Below the pieces are notes generated by a model, which was not told where the DNA came from, searched no databases, and worked only from the letters and a program-made list of their open reading frames with translations. A program made the position numbers and the translations under genes. DNA of 64,000 bases, from the NCBI RefSeq assembly GCF_009914755.1, contig NC_060938.1; one strand, written 5' to 3'. Shown in pieces: positions 49,043-64,000 of this stretch (position 1 is its first letter; the number at the start of each line of letters is the position of its first letter). Source of the DNA: the human T2T-CHM13v2.0 reference genome, Homo sapiens.

Positions 49043-49143
49043 GTCTAGGCCACACCACCCTGAACGGGTGAAGCTAAGCAGGGTCGGGCCTGGTTAGTAC
49101 CTGGATGGGATTCCGCCTGGTAATAGCGGGTACCGTAGGCTTT
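49043..49143 (+). pseudogene. RNA5SP: 5S rRNA pseudogene with ~20-nt internal deletion
   Basis: GTCTAGGCCACACCACCCTGAACG..GAAGCTAAGCAGGGTCGGGCCTGGTTAGTACCTGGATGGGATTCCGCCTGGTAATAGCGGGTACCGTAGGCTTT followed by a T5 Pol III terminator (49141-49145). Confidence 0.93.
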
Positions 49144-50162
49144 TGGCTTCCCGCTCCCTCCCTCTTTCCCCCTTTTGTCTCCGTGCTTCCCAACTGCCCC
49201 CCGCCTCTGCTACCCCTTGACCACCCTCGCGCCCCAGCGGAAGCCCAGGACCTCGTCGTGAAGATCTGCCGCTGCAGCACCGCCAGGCAGCAGCATCCCA
49301 CCTTTTCCGACTCGCCGCAGCCCCACCAGGAGACCCGCTCCAACCCTGGCGGGACGGGACCGACCCCGAGGGTGAAGGCGCGGGTTCCCTGAGGTCCCGG
49401 GTGTCTTCACGCTCCCCGGACTCCCAGGCAATTCTATTCATTCTTCCAGCGACGCGGCAACCGTCCAAGCCGGGGGAAGGGGCGGGCAGGGACAGCGGGT
49501 CCCACAGACCCCAGTGAAGACCTCCTCTCCAGAACCCGTGGGCTGCTTTCCCCAGGGGAAGGACATTGTCCTCGCCAGCCATGAGGAAATCCGTCCCTGT
49601 GCACCCGCTTTCCCAATGCCACAGACTTCGTGTGAACTCCAGTCCTGAGGACAGGAGAGAGATCCAGGTCTCACCCCGTGGACACACTCGGTGCCACTGC
49701 TCCCAGCAGGCAAACCAGCACACTCTACAAATCTCGGGGCCCATGGCACCAAGGAGACAGAAAGAAGCAAACAAAGGAAGGACCTTCTGAAACGCAGCCC
49801 CAAAGCAACCAACCAATTCAAGAAAAAAAAACACACACGTCTCAGGGCTCCATTGGTTTTCCTGGGTGGGGGGCCCTGACCCCCTGTTCTAGCCCGGCCC
49901 AAGCACCCTCCACCCCACCCCGGCCTGCTGAAAGGTGCCCTGTCTACCTGAGCAGAGCCTCCCTCTCCAAGGCTCTGTCGCTGTCGCTCTACAACTCCCT
50001 CACCCTCTCCCTTTCTCTACTTCCTCCTCCACTTCGCTCTCTACTGTGGGGCTCTCTCTTCCCCCTTCTGTCTCGCCTCCCCCTTCTCTGTCTCTCTCTC
50101 TATCGCTGTCTCTCTGTCCCTCTGGTTCTATTTCTCCATCCCTCTCTCCCTTGCTCTCCTTC

Positions 50163-50614
50163 TGTAGCAGGAGGAGCTGCAGACAAAACCCCTCAGACAC
50201 CGAGTTGTAGAAGGGAGGGCTTTATTCAGGTAGGAGCATTGGCAGACTCACATCTCCAAAAACCTAGCTCTCTGAGTAAGCAATTCCTGTCCCTCTTAAG
50301 GGCTTACAACTCTAAGGGGGTCCGTGTGAGGGGGTCGTGATGGATTGAGGAAGCAGAGGGTACGTGACTGGGGGCTATATGCACCGGTAATTAGATCAGA
50401 AAAAAACAGGACAGGGATTTTCACAGTGCTTTTCTGTACAATGTCTGTAATCTATAGATAACATAATCGAGTAGGTCAGGGGTCGATCTTTAACTACCAG
50501 GCCCAGGGTGTGGCGCAGGGCTGTCTGCCTGTGGATTTCATTTCTGCCTTTTAGATTTTACTTCTTTCTTTGGAGGCAGAAATTGGGCATAAGACAATAT
50601 GAGGGGTGGTCTCC
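50163..50614 (-). mobile_element. LTR2-family (HERV-E/Harlequin) solo LTR in the first 5S spacer
   Basis: Antisense of GAGACCACCCCTCATATTGTCTTATGCCCAATTTCTGCCTCC...GCTCCTCCTGCTACA; the empty site CTCTCCTTCAAG is seen in unit 2 (~51957-51968). Confidence 0.85.
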
Positions 50615-51458
50615 CTTCAAGCTCTCTGTGTCTGTGTCTTTGTGTGTCCGTGTGTGTGCTCCCGGGTGTGGTGTGTGTGTCCGTGTGTGTGTGTGTCTGC
50701 GCACGTGCACCCGTGTGTATGTCAGGGTGGGTTTGCTCTTGGTAGTGGTGGGGTGTGTCTGGGTGTCCGTCAGCCCCTCTTTCCCGGGATGAGGCTGCTG
50801 GGGCTCTAGTGCTAGCACGGGGCAAAGCAGAGCCTTCCTGCCCCATTGGCCACGGCGGGTCCTCTTCGGAACAAGCGACGATGGTGTGGGCGTTGTGAGA
50901 AAAAGGGCCCGCGGGGCTGGGCTGGCTGTTAGACCCTGGGCAGCCCTGGGGGCTCTGGGTGTGTGGGGCAAGAGGGGGCCTTGCAGAAGGGGCGGCCAGG
51001 AATCCAACATAATTTTTCCGCGGCAAGGCGGAGGACCAGAGGGTACCCCAGGACCCTGGGACCTGGGCCCTGACGCCTAGGAGCACACCCCGTCCTGAGC
51101 GGGCCCCAGGTGTTGGAAGCTCTGGAGCTCGAGAGCCTGGGGAAGGCCTGGAGTGTCAGCAAGAGGGTGGCCGCATGGAGAGTCCAGAGCCCTGGCAGGG
51201 GATGGAGGCCTCTGGCGCCGCGTCGGTCTCGCGCGTGGTCTGGCCGCCAGCGACAGCGGGACGCTCTGGGAGGTCGGCAGAAAGCGCAGCGCGGCGACTG
51301 GTGGTGCTTGGGTGTAGAGGGGGAGAGCAGCCCGGCCACGGGCAAGCGGCTCCGGGGTGCCTGATCCCAGCATCGCGGCCCCGGGTTGGTGGTGACGCCT
51401 GGAATCAGGCGGGCGTAGCTGGACCGGGCTCTTGGGCCAGCCAGGCGCCACTGCCATT

Positions 51459-51476
51459 GTCTACGGCCATACCACC
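51459..51476 (+). pseudogene. 5S rRNA 5' stub (first 18 nt) of the second repeat unit
   Basis: GTCTACGGCCATACCACC is an exact 5S start with a D box at -32; the rest is deleted (sequence jumps to spacer homologous to ~49646). Confidence 0.8.
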
Positions 51477-52133
51477 TGGAAAACGAGAGAGACCCAAGCT
51501 GCGGCCCATGGGCACGCTCAGCGCCACTGCTCCTGCCACAGTGATGGGCGCACTCTACAACTTTCAGGGCCCACAGCACCAAGAGGACAGGGAGGAGCCA
51601 ACAAAGGAATGACGCTACGAAACGCACTCCGAAGGCCACCAACCAATCCAAGTAAAAACACGTCTCAGGGCTCCGTTGATTTTCCCGCAGGGGCGGCCCT
51701 GCCTCCCGTTCCAGCCCGGCCCAGTCACACTCCACCCTACCCTGGCCAAAGGGGACCCTGTCTACCAGATAGAGCCTCCCTCTCCAAGGCTCTGTTGCTC
51801 TCCCTCTGTAGTTCCCTCACCCTTTCCCTTTCTCTACTTCCTTCTCCACATTCCTCTCTCTCTCTCTCTCAATCTCCCCAGTTCCTCTCTGTCTCTCTCT
51901 CGATGGCTGTTTCTCTCTCTCCTTCCGTTTCTATCTCTCCATCCCTCTGTCCCTTGCTCTCCTTCAAGTTGTCTGTGTCTTTGTGTGTCTGTGTGTGTGC
52001 TTGTGTTCGCGCGCTTGCGCCCCTGAGCGTCTGTGTGTTTGGGAGTGGCTTTGCCAGTGATTGTGGTGGGGAGTGTCTGGATGTCCATCGGTACTTTTGT
52101 CCCGGGATCAGGCTGCCAACTCTATTGCCAGCG

Positions 52134-54311
52134 CGTGGGTGTCACAGTTGCCGTGATAGTCTCACACACGCAGGTGTGTGGATCTTGTTCATTTTCACGT
52201 AGACAACGAGAGCAAAACCACAGAGAAAAGAAACATCCCGTACATCACGGCCTGACGATGGATTCTTGTTTCCTGCAAAATGGGGAGTCTCCAATATAGC
52301 CTGTTTGAAAACTGGAAAGGAGAGCACCGACATGATGCTGGTCTTCCACGCATTCCTGGAAGTTTCCAGGGCCCCACAGAGCTCGGGAAACAAACAGTCA
52401 ACATGGTCACGCTTTCGGGTGGCAGAAACTTGAGCAACAGGCACCTTTGCAGAGGGCAAAGAACGTGGAATCCAGAATCACGCTTCAGTTGGCTTCAGTG
52501 TGACTCCCGTGTGGATGGGACTATCCGCCTCAAGCTCTGTTGCAGGGCTCAACGTGGGGATATGTCATCTGTGAACCATGTGGATGAAAAGCAGACAACC
52601 ACCTGAGTCTCAACTCATTGCTTTCTGGGGAATTTGCTCATTCCTTCGGAAATGGAATTCGTCTGAATTGCTCCGGGATGAAGTAACCCAGGCTGGCGAT
52701 CCAGAGGGCCACTGATCGCCCCGCCTGCCAACGGGGCTGTGGGCCCAGCACTTAGCCCGCACTGGACACCCAACATTTTCCCGGAGTGCTGGGTCCTGTT
52801 GGCTCTGGAGGCATAAGACCGTTTTTGTCGCTGCCTTCCGTTCTCTGTTTCTTGCTCCTTTTATCCCTCGGTCCATCCTTCCCTCTGTTCTTCCCTCCCT
52901 CCCCCGGGTTTTTCCTCCCTTTCTCCCTCCCTCTTTCTCTCCTTCCGGGGTCCCTCCTTCCACCCATCCTCTCCTAGCTCCATCCTTCCATCTCACTCTG
53001 TCTCCGTTCCTGTCCTCATCTCTGCCTGCATTCCCTTTTGCCTGGAATGGGCAGCACGGGGTCTCAGGTCTACATTTAGTTGCAAGGCCCTCCATGGTGC
53101 TGGCAAGGAGGCTGATGGGACACGGATTGGCAAGTGATGGTGAGCGAAGAGACAAAGGAGTCGAGCCGCAGAAAGGAGAACTGGCCTGGCTTCTGCTCCG
53201 GCCCAGTGTTTTGCGGACTGAGGTCTCCGCCAACCTGACTGAAGAACGCGGGGAAAAAGGGATGAGAGCTCTGCCTGGGCTAGTCAGAAAACCCAGGCTG
53301 CTGCCTGGAAACCCACGCATGCGCAGTAGACAGCCCACCTCCCGGTACCTGGACCGGCCCTGGGATCCCTGGGATGCTCAGGAATTCTTTCTTGTCATTC
53401 TTGACAGCCCTCCTCTGTGTGGAGTCTCTCGCTGGACCTGGAACTCAGGGATCCTAGGCAGGTCAGCTGGAAGGGAAGACACGCCTCTCCATACCAAGCC
53501 TGAGGTTCACCGCGAAAGAGAGGCCGCCGCCCTGCCCCCACCCCTCCCCAACCCCGCTCCAACCTGCTCCTCCAGAAGAGCCCTGTGTTCTTCCTGGCTG
53601 AGGAGTGGTTCCAGCAAAGCGTGCTCTTCCAGGTCCTTCAGCTCCCCGAGTGGCGCCGGATCTAGGAAAGATTGAGCCTTTTGCTGAAACTTTGGGATTG
53701 ACAGGAGCTCATCTAACAGGCTGGAGGTGAGTGCAGATGAGAGCCCCGGTCCTGGAGCTGTTGGGAGGCGCCTGGATGGCTGGCATCTGTGCTTGACACG
53801 GAGGCCTCCGGGGTCGCGAGCTCCGGAGGTGGAGGTGCCCCGTCTTCGGGTTCCCACGCCACCCTGGCGACCTGCGGCTCCAGCCCCACCACGTACTCTG
53901 GTGGGACATGGGTGGCGCAAGCACACCTTGCCCCTGTGACTCAGCTTGAGGGGGCCCAAGCTGTCCCACTGAGCACGCACCCAGAAGGACGTCGCGCTGC
54001 GGGTTCTGGTCTTCCTGTCATTTGTTGGGGTGCGGAGACTACCAGGGAGTCTGAGGATGGAAGAGCACCAGTTCCGGAGGAGCCAGGGCAGCGAACACAA
54101 AGCCCCGCATGCCCGGGCAGGTTGGGAGAGTCCTTCTGCCTGCGCAGCCTGGCTGGGTTGGAGCAGCGGGATGGCCCTTGCTGCCTGGCTCACGAAAGCC
54201 CCCTGTGGGAGAGCCCCAGGCGCGCAGGGCATGTGGGTTGTGGGAAGAGCGGTTCCCCACGCCCCGGTGTGGGTGAACTCGATAGAGGAGGGTGACAACC
54301 ACCGGGGGTGC
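52134..54311 (-). repeat. Partial, diverged D4Z4 (3.3-kb family) unit: DUX4 3' half, KpnI site, GA-rich and LSau/hhspm3-type spacer
   Basis: GGTACC at 53344-53349 followed on the minus strand by CTACTGCGCATGCG; antisense AATCCATCGTCAGGCC and CTACGTGAAAATGAACAAGATCCACACACCTGCGTGTGTGAGAC match recalled D4Z4 sequence. Confidence 0.88.
53507..54311 (-). pseudogene. DUX4L: DUX4-like pseudogene fragment lacking both homeodomains, frameshifted, C-terminal activation domain retained
   Basis: [39 protein letters not shown] (other frame), LLDELL..LSQEEHRALLEE; homology stops at ~54311. Confidence 0.92.
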
Positions 54312-56204
<1,893 letters not shown>

Positions 56205-56366
56205 GGTTTTTGGTTGTAACATTTGCCTTATTGTAGTGGTCTGGAACCAAACCCACACTCTCTCTGAGGTGTGCTTGTAGGTTTTTTGTTGTAACATTTC
56301 CCTTGTTGCAGTTGTCTGGAACTAAACCCACAATATCTCTGAGTATGCTTGTAGGTTTTTGGTTGT

Positions 56367-56660
56367 TCTTTGTTTTGAGATGGGGTTTCGCTCTGTCGCC
56401 CAGGCCAGAGTGCAGTGGCATGATCACAGCTCACTGCAGCCTCCAACTGCTGGGTCAAGTAATTTTTCTACCACAGCCTGCTGAGTAGCTGGGACTACAG
56501 GCATGCAGCACTATGCCTGGCTATTTTTTTAAATACTTTTATTGTGGAGACGGGATCTCACTATGTTGCCCAGCTCGTCTTGAACTCTGGGGCTCAAGCA
56601 ATCCAGCCACTTCAGCCTCCCAAAGTGCAGCCATTACAGGCTCGAGCCACTGGACCCAGC
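56367..56660 (-). mobile_element. AluJ
   Basis: Antisense Alu with J diagnostics (GATCACAGCTCACTGCAGCCTC, GGGCTCAAGCAATCC). Confidence 0.88.
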
Positions 56661-56686
56661 TTGTCTGCAGTTCTTAAAACAAAAAC

Positions 56687-57545
<859 letters not shown>

Positions 57546-58815
57546 AAAAGCAAAAAATTAGAAAAATTAAAACATTACAATGTGTCATATAGTTTTCAAA
57601 TCACAAGACAGGAAAAGACATAATAAAAGAAACTATAGAAGACAACAAAGATAGGAACAAAACATCAGTGATAGAAGGCAGAAGACAGAAACGTGGAGCC
57701 AAACACATTAATTTATTTTAATCATTAGTTATACTCATTTATACTAATTTATATTGATTTAACATATTAATTCTGACTAAATGGCATTAAGGGAGGTTTG
57801 AGGAATTTGCATGTCACATTCTGGATGAGAGGACTCAATAATATTAGCTCTTTAGTTTGCTGTAAATCATTTAAAAATACGCTCAAATTCCAATAAAAAT
57901 TCCAAGAAAAATATTTTTGAACAAGAACATGTGATTTTAAATCCATATATTGAACATACACACAATGAGAGCCAATATTATAAAATTTACTATAAGATAT
58001 TTTAGATTATTATCACTATTCAAAATTAAATTTGAAATGGCACAAAAATAAACACATTAATGAAAGAGAATTAAAAACACAGAAATTGAGTGTAATTTTA
58101 TCTAGTAACAGGGTAACATTTTAAACCCACAAAACAGAGCGATTGTTCCATTTATGGATTTGAGAATATAAAATGACAGAATTGAATCATTGTCCCACAC
58201 CTTACATAAAAGTTAATTCCAGTATTAAATGTAAAAAAAGAGAGAGAGAGAGAAAAAAGAAAATTAGATGTGTGTGTGTTTTATGACCTTGAGAATGAAT
58301 GTCTTCTAAAATCAAAATTTCAAACAGAAACCATATAAAAAGGAATAAACCTAATTTACCTAAAATGTAAATTCTCACACATTTCAACACCACGCAAATA
58401 GCACAAAACAAACTGGGGACATTTTTACAACAATTATGTTACATGAAAGTTAAAATCCTTATGACATATACAATGTATAAAACAGTATTATTACCACTAT
58501 TATTAATACCATTATGATTACCTGGTCTTCCCACGCACCAGTCCTCTTCTGGTTCCCTGTGGTGAAACAGAGCCCTCCCTCTCTGGCCACAGTGAGGGAT
58601 CCAGCAGGAAAACTGCCTAAGCCCTCAGAGGGTGTGAGCCAAGCCAGGACATCACATTTCCTCCTGCAAAGACGCAGATACCCACTCACGACAGAGATTT
58701 GGTCCCTCTCTGGAAAAGCTGTGTAACAATTATTGCAGAAACTTGTTTCTTATGTTCCCAGACACATGGAGAAAGCTGGTCTGGAAGACTGATGTCCACA
58801 TGCTAAGAGAAGCAG

Positions 58816-61800
58816 TCACTCATAACATACACACTGCACACACCAAACCATGTGCACAAGCACACACCCCCCACACACAGACACCACACAAACAGCACAC
58901 ACACCATGTGCACACGTGAAGGGGTGGCCTGCCCCTCCACACTTGTGGGTGTTTCTCATCGGGTGGAACAAGACACTTGAGAAAAGAAAGAGACACAGAG
59001 ACAAAGTATAGAGAAAGAAAAGTGGGCCGAGGGGAACGGCGCTCAGCATAAGGAGGACCCGCGCCGGCACCAGTCTCTGAGTTTCCTTAGTATTTATTGA
59101 TCATTATCGGGCATTTCTCTGAGAGGGGGATGTGGCAGGACAATAGGGTAATAGTGGAGAGAGGGTCAGCAGGAAAACATATGAACAAATGTCTCTGCAT
59201 CATAAACAAGGTAAAGAAAAAAGTGCTGTGCTTTTGATGTTCATATACATAAACATCTCAATGCCTTAAAGAGCAGTATTGTTGCCAGCATGTCCCACCT
59301 CCAGCCCTAAGGCAGTTTTCCCCTATCTCAGTAGATGGAATATACAATTGGGCTTTACACCCAGACATTCCATTGCCCAGGGAGGAGCAGGAGACAGATG
59401 CCTTCCTCTTATCTCAACTGCAAAGAGGCATTCCTCTTTTACTAATCCTCCCCAGAACAGACCCTTTATCGGTGTCAGGCTGGGGGACAGTCAGGTCTTT
59501 CCCTTCCCACGAGGCCATATTTCAGACTATCACATGGGGAGAAACCTTGGACAATACCTGGCTTTCCTAGGCAGAGGTCCCTGTGGCCTTCCGCAGTGTT
59601 TTGTGTCTCTGGGTACTTGAGAGTAGAGAGTGGTGATGACTCTTAACAAGCATGCTGCCTTCAAGCATTTGTTTAACAAAGCTAATCCTGCACAGTCCTT
59701 AATCCATTTAACCTTGACTTGACACAGCACATGTTTCTGTGAGCACAGGGTTAGGGGTAGGGTTACAGATTAACAGCCTCTCAAGGCAGAAGAATTTTTC
59801 TTAGTACAGAACAAAATGGAGTCTCTTATGTCTACTTCTTTCTACATAGACACAGTAACAGTCTGATTTCTTTCTTTTCCCCACACACACGCGTACACAT
59901 CCCACACACAGACACCACACACAGGCACACACACCCCAGACACCACACACACTGCACACACACCATGTGCACACGCACACACACCCCCCACACTGCACAC
60001 ACACCACACCCACTGCACACTCCATGTGCACACGCACACATCCCAGACACCATATACTGCACACACCATGTGCACATGCACACACCAGACTCCACGCACA
60101 CTGCACACACACCCTGTGCACATGCACACACCCCACACTGCACATACCACACCATGTGCACACACACACACCAGACACCACACACACTGCATACACACCA
60201 TGTGTGCACACACACACCACACACAGACACCACACACACTGCACATAACCATCTGCACATGCACACACCCCAGACACCACACACACTGCACACACCACAC
60301 CATGTGCACAGGCACACACCCCATACAGACACCACACACAATGCACATACACACACCACACAGACACCATACCCACTGCACACACCACACCCACTGCGCA
60401 CACCACACCATGTGCACACACACACAACCCAGACACCATACACACTGCACATACACCATGAGCACATGAACACATATCACACAGACACCACACACTGCAC
60501 ACACACCATGTGCATAAACACCACATATTACACACACATGTGCACATGCACACACCACAGACACCACACACTGCACACACACCATGGGCACACACACCAC
60601 ACACACACTGCACACACACCATGTGCACGCATACACACCCCACACAGACACCACACTGCATGCACACATCATGTGCACACGCACACACCCCACAGACACC
60701 ACACACCGCACACACCAAGCCATGTGTACACACACCCCACACAGACACCACACACTGCACACACCCCACCACACTGCACATGCCACACCATGTGTACATG
60801 TGCACACCACATACACGCCACACACACCGTGTACACAAACACACATGCCCCACACATACACCACACAGACACCACACACACTGCACACAGCACACCATGC
60901 ATACACGCACACACACGCCCACACACCACACACACTGCACACACACCATGTACACACGCACACACAGCACACAGACATCACGCACACTGCACACACACCA
61001 TGTACACATGCACACACACCCACACACCACACACACTGCACACACACCACATGCACACGCACACACACCACAGACACCACACATTGCACACACACCATGT
61101 GCACACGCACACACCCCCACACACACACAACACACACTGCACACAGACCAGGTGCACATACCCACACCCCTGATACACCAAACACACCACACCATGTGCA
61201 CACACACACACCCCAGACACCACACACACTGCACACACACCATGTGCACACGCACGCACATCCCCACACCACACACTGCACAAAGTGCACACACGCATAC
61301 CCCCCACACACTGCACACACTACACCACACACACGAATCTGCTACACACACAACATACACATACAGCACGACACACACCCCATACTCCCCACACACATCA
61401 AACACACACCCCACACATACTCCCCACACACTGCACACGTATATATAGCACCACACACACAGAGCACACACATCACATACACACAACACACACACAGTGC
61501 ACACACACACCACACATTCTACACTCATCACACATCAAACACTACAGTGCACACACACCCAGCACCATACATACACACACATCACATACACCACACACTG
61601 CACACACACATATCACACGCACACCACACCACACTTAGTATACACACACCACACACACATACACCACAAACACAGCACATATACACACCATGCACCACCC
61701 ACAAACTACACACGGTATACACACATAACACCCACAATACACACCACACACATACATACCCCATGAACCTACTACACACACAGACCACATACACACACCA

Positions 61801-61850
61801 TACATACACATCATACGCATACATCTGCGCACACCTCACAGCATACATAC
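58816..61850. repeat. CA-rich degenerate minisatellite (~45-50-bp cryptic unit), split by LTR5
   Basis: Recurrent CACACTGCACACACACCATGTGCACA...CAGACACCACA motifs over ~2 kb. Confidence 0.92.
58917..59885 (-). mobile_element. HERV-K(HML-2) solo LTR, LTR5B-like
   Basis: 969 bp; antisense ends TGAAGGGGTGGCCTGCCCCTCCACA and CTTTTCCCCACA; perfect 6-bp TSD CACACG. Confidence 0.93.
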
Positions 61851-63539
61851 AATCCTCACTTTTAGAAATTAATTTGGCTTTTAAGGGGCCTGGATAGTAA
61901 AGTATTTTATTGGCGTTTGAATGAACCAAGAAAATGCATATAAATACACATGCGTAACTATAAGGGCAAAAGTAGTACTTTCGAAATCACAACATTAGAT
62001 TAAACAATGTAAATTTTTAATTGTTTTTAAAAAATCAAGTCTTTCTCATCTTACTAGAAACATTTACCAGAGTAAATAAGCTTCTTACTGAGGTCAAAAG
62101 ACTTTCTGGAAAAACTTCTCCTTGATGAAATTACACTTAAAACATCACTTCCATCGTGAATTATTTAAGATGTTCCTGGTCCTTTTCCTGTTATGTGGAA
62201 TCGTCAATTCAAATTTTAAAAGTGACTTTGAGATGTTTTTCATATATTATTTTAAAAATGTTGAAGGCGTTTTTAATTCTGCCTTCAACAGAGATGGACA
62301 CACTCTGATTATGATGTAAAACTGAACACGTTACTCTGACAGGCTTTCTTTTCTGCAGCGCAGCTACCATCATTATTAATAAGGATTGAATGTTTTTACT
62401 CCATGCACAATCTGTATTCCCTGCTTTATAAAGAACAGAAATCTAATTCTCACTATGAAGGCAGATAAAAGTAATCCCTTCAACCTATAGATGAATCATT
62501 TACCAAAGTACTCAGACTTTAAATAGCATTTATCAAATGTGTCTACATTTCTATGCAGATTCGTAGAAAGAACATGTAGTTTAAATCATTGCACATTTTA
62601 TGCTTTTAATGAGTTGTGATGGTCATTAGTATTTTTATCACATTTCCCCAAAGGTAGGCTAATTACTGTTATTATTTTCAGCTAGAAAAATAAAATGTAT
62701 TTTCTATTTTTGATGACTTTGAAACATAATCCTTGCAATATAATATCTGTGTATAATATCTGTGGAAAGCATGAAAGTAACATTCAAACAGTAGGCATTT
62801 TTTCCAGAATGAAAATTTCCTCTACAATAACATTCACCTTTTTTTCCCTGATGGGCAAATAAAAGTCAACATTTCTAACATTGCTGGATGTTATTTAAAT
62901 TAAACTTGCCTCAGCGTCAGGTGTTGCAGAAACTGGAAAAAAGGCCACAAGGTACACAATACACACACACACACACACAAAACTTCTATTATTATACTTA
63001 CCTAAGTGTCTAAAGAGGTGGATAAATATATTAGATTGCTCCAGAAGAAGGATTTTTACGGGGCCTATTGGAAAGTATGACTGCAGTTTGAGTGAGATGT
63101 CTGTAAGAGATTCAATTTGGCCACTAATAGAGTATCCAATTTTAAAAATACTGACAGAAGGCTCATGAGATAGAAATTTTCACCTAGATCTATTGGAAAT
63201 ATGCTACTAGATTCTGTAGTGAAAAGACTAGTGCGGTAATTGTAAAACACATCTGATATCTAAACCTTTGTTTGTTTTTTACCTGAAATCCTTATGAGGG
63301 TGATTGTGTATGTCAATTTGAATCTTCCTATCAACAAGATAAATAAATACATAAATAAATAGCCAGGCTGCCTGGATAAATTAGTTCACCTTTTCTATAT
63401 TTTGAGGGCAGTGCTTTTCCTCCTTTGACAGACATAAGATTCACCCGGGGATCCCTTGCAATGAAAAACCATAGACCGCACTTTGACTAGCTTGGATAAG
63501 GGGCCAGAGCATTGAAATGAGTGTGTAGGTGACTGTGCT

Positions 63540-63720
63540 AAGATTCTCCTGCTCATTTGGGCACTGGCTCACCATATAAACAAAGCTTAGGACCTCTAGT
63601 CCTTGCTGGAAAAGAAATACACATACATAGGATGTGACTGTGCATATGGAATATCTGTTGTGTTCTGGACATTGTGCTAGACAACAGAGATAAGAAGTCA
63701 AATAATCCCTTGTCTCTATT
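63540..63720 (-). mobile_element. Ancient L2-like fragment
   Basis: ATATCTGTTGTGTTCTGGACATTGTGCTAGACAACAGAGATA resembles L2 3' sequence; similar traces at ~39800-40090, 41330-41530 and 43030-43430. Confidence 0.4.
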
Positions 63721-64000
63721 GGAAAAGAGCATCCTAAACACTGGCTTTTGGTCTTTGAAATTAGATTCACTTTCAGATTTGATTATTATATTTATGATTT
63801 GATATTTTCATTGAACCCCATGATATGATAAGGTTTTCTAGAACCTGCTAGAATAATTGACTTTGCTCTCAGCATTATGAAGCCACTGGGGCACATAAGT
63901 AATTCATTTATGTTTCTATTTAACCAGACAGGAACAACTTGAGCTACTTTTCTAGCCACTTTCGTTTAGAGCTGTTTTTGTTTGTTATTTTTGTTTGTTT

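Larger units (their letters stand above)
48665..52133 (+). repeat. Two degenerate tandem genomic 5S rDNA-like repeat units (GC-rich spacer, CT tract, GT tract)
   Basis: Homologous blocks about 2416-2419 bp apart (GGAAGCTCTGGAGCTC at 48696 and 51115; 5S starts at 49043 and 51459); each has a D box and CT-rich then GT-rich spacer tracts. Confidence 0.85.

Noticed and set aside
48590-53675. Many overlapping 100-270 aa ORFs in the GC-rich island
   Set aside because: Expected in GC-rich 5S-spacer/D4Z4 DNA; mostly non-ATG starts and no recognisable homology
59801-61929. Long Cys/Val-rich and His/Thr-rich ORFs (up to 576 aa) on both strands
   Set aside because: Translations of the CA/TG minisatellite, which lacks stop codons; no domain-like sequence

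Overview
Primate (very probably human) pericentromeric/subtelomeric-type segmental-duplication sequence. It is mostly interspersed repeats and I find no intact protein-coding gene. It begins with the end of a 68-bp beta-satellite array. It then contains an isolated TUBB8/TUBB4Q-type beta-tubulin exon 1 (minus strand, 10443-10499) directly abutting a decayed class I ERV, and a near full-length L1MA carrying many nested insertions, including a CER-satellite island with an LTR5_Hs inside it. Further on are two degenerate genomic 5S rDNA repeat units fused directly to a partial D4Z4 unit with a homeodomain-less DUX4-like remnant, a rearranged Tigger1, and a ~2-kb CA-rich minisatellite. The order TUBB8-like > 5S pseudogenes > inverted DUX4-like recalls the 4q35 TUBB4Q-DUX4c neighbourhood, so this is probably one of its paralogous copies. 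Repeat-family names come from recalled consensus sequences, not a database run, so subfamily labels are approximate. I cannot support a wholly new biological system. The most notable items are the 5S/D4Z4 fusion with retained Pol III signals, the orphan tubulin exon sitting on ERV sequence, and several clear repair/template-switch scars.
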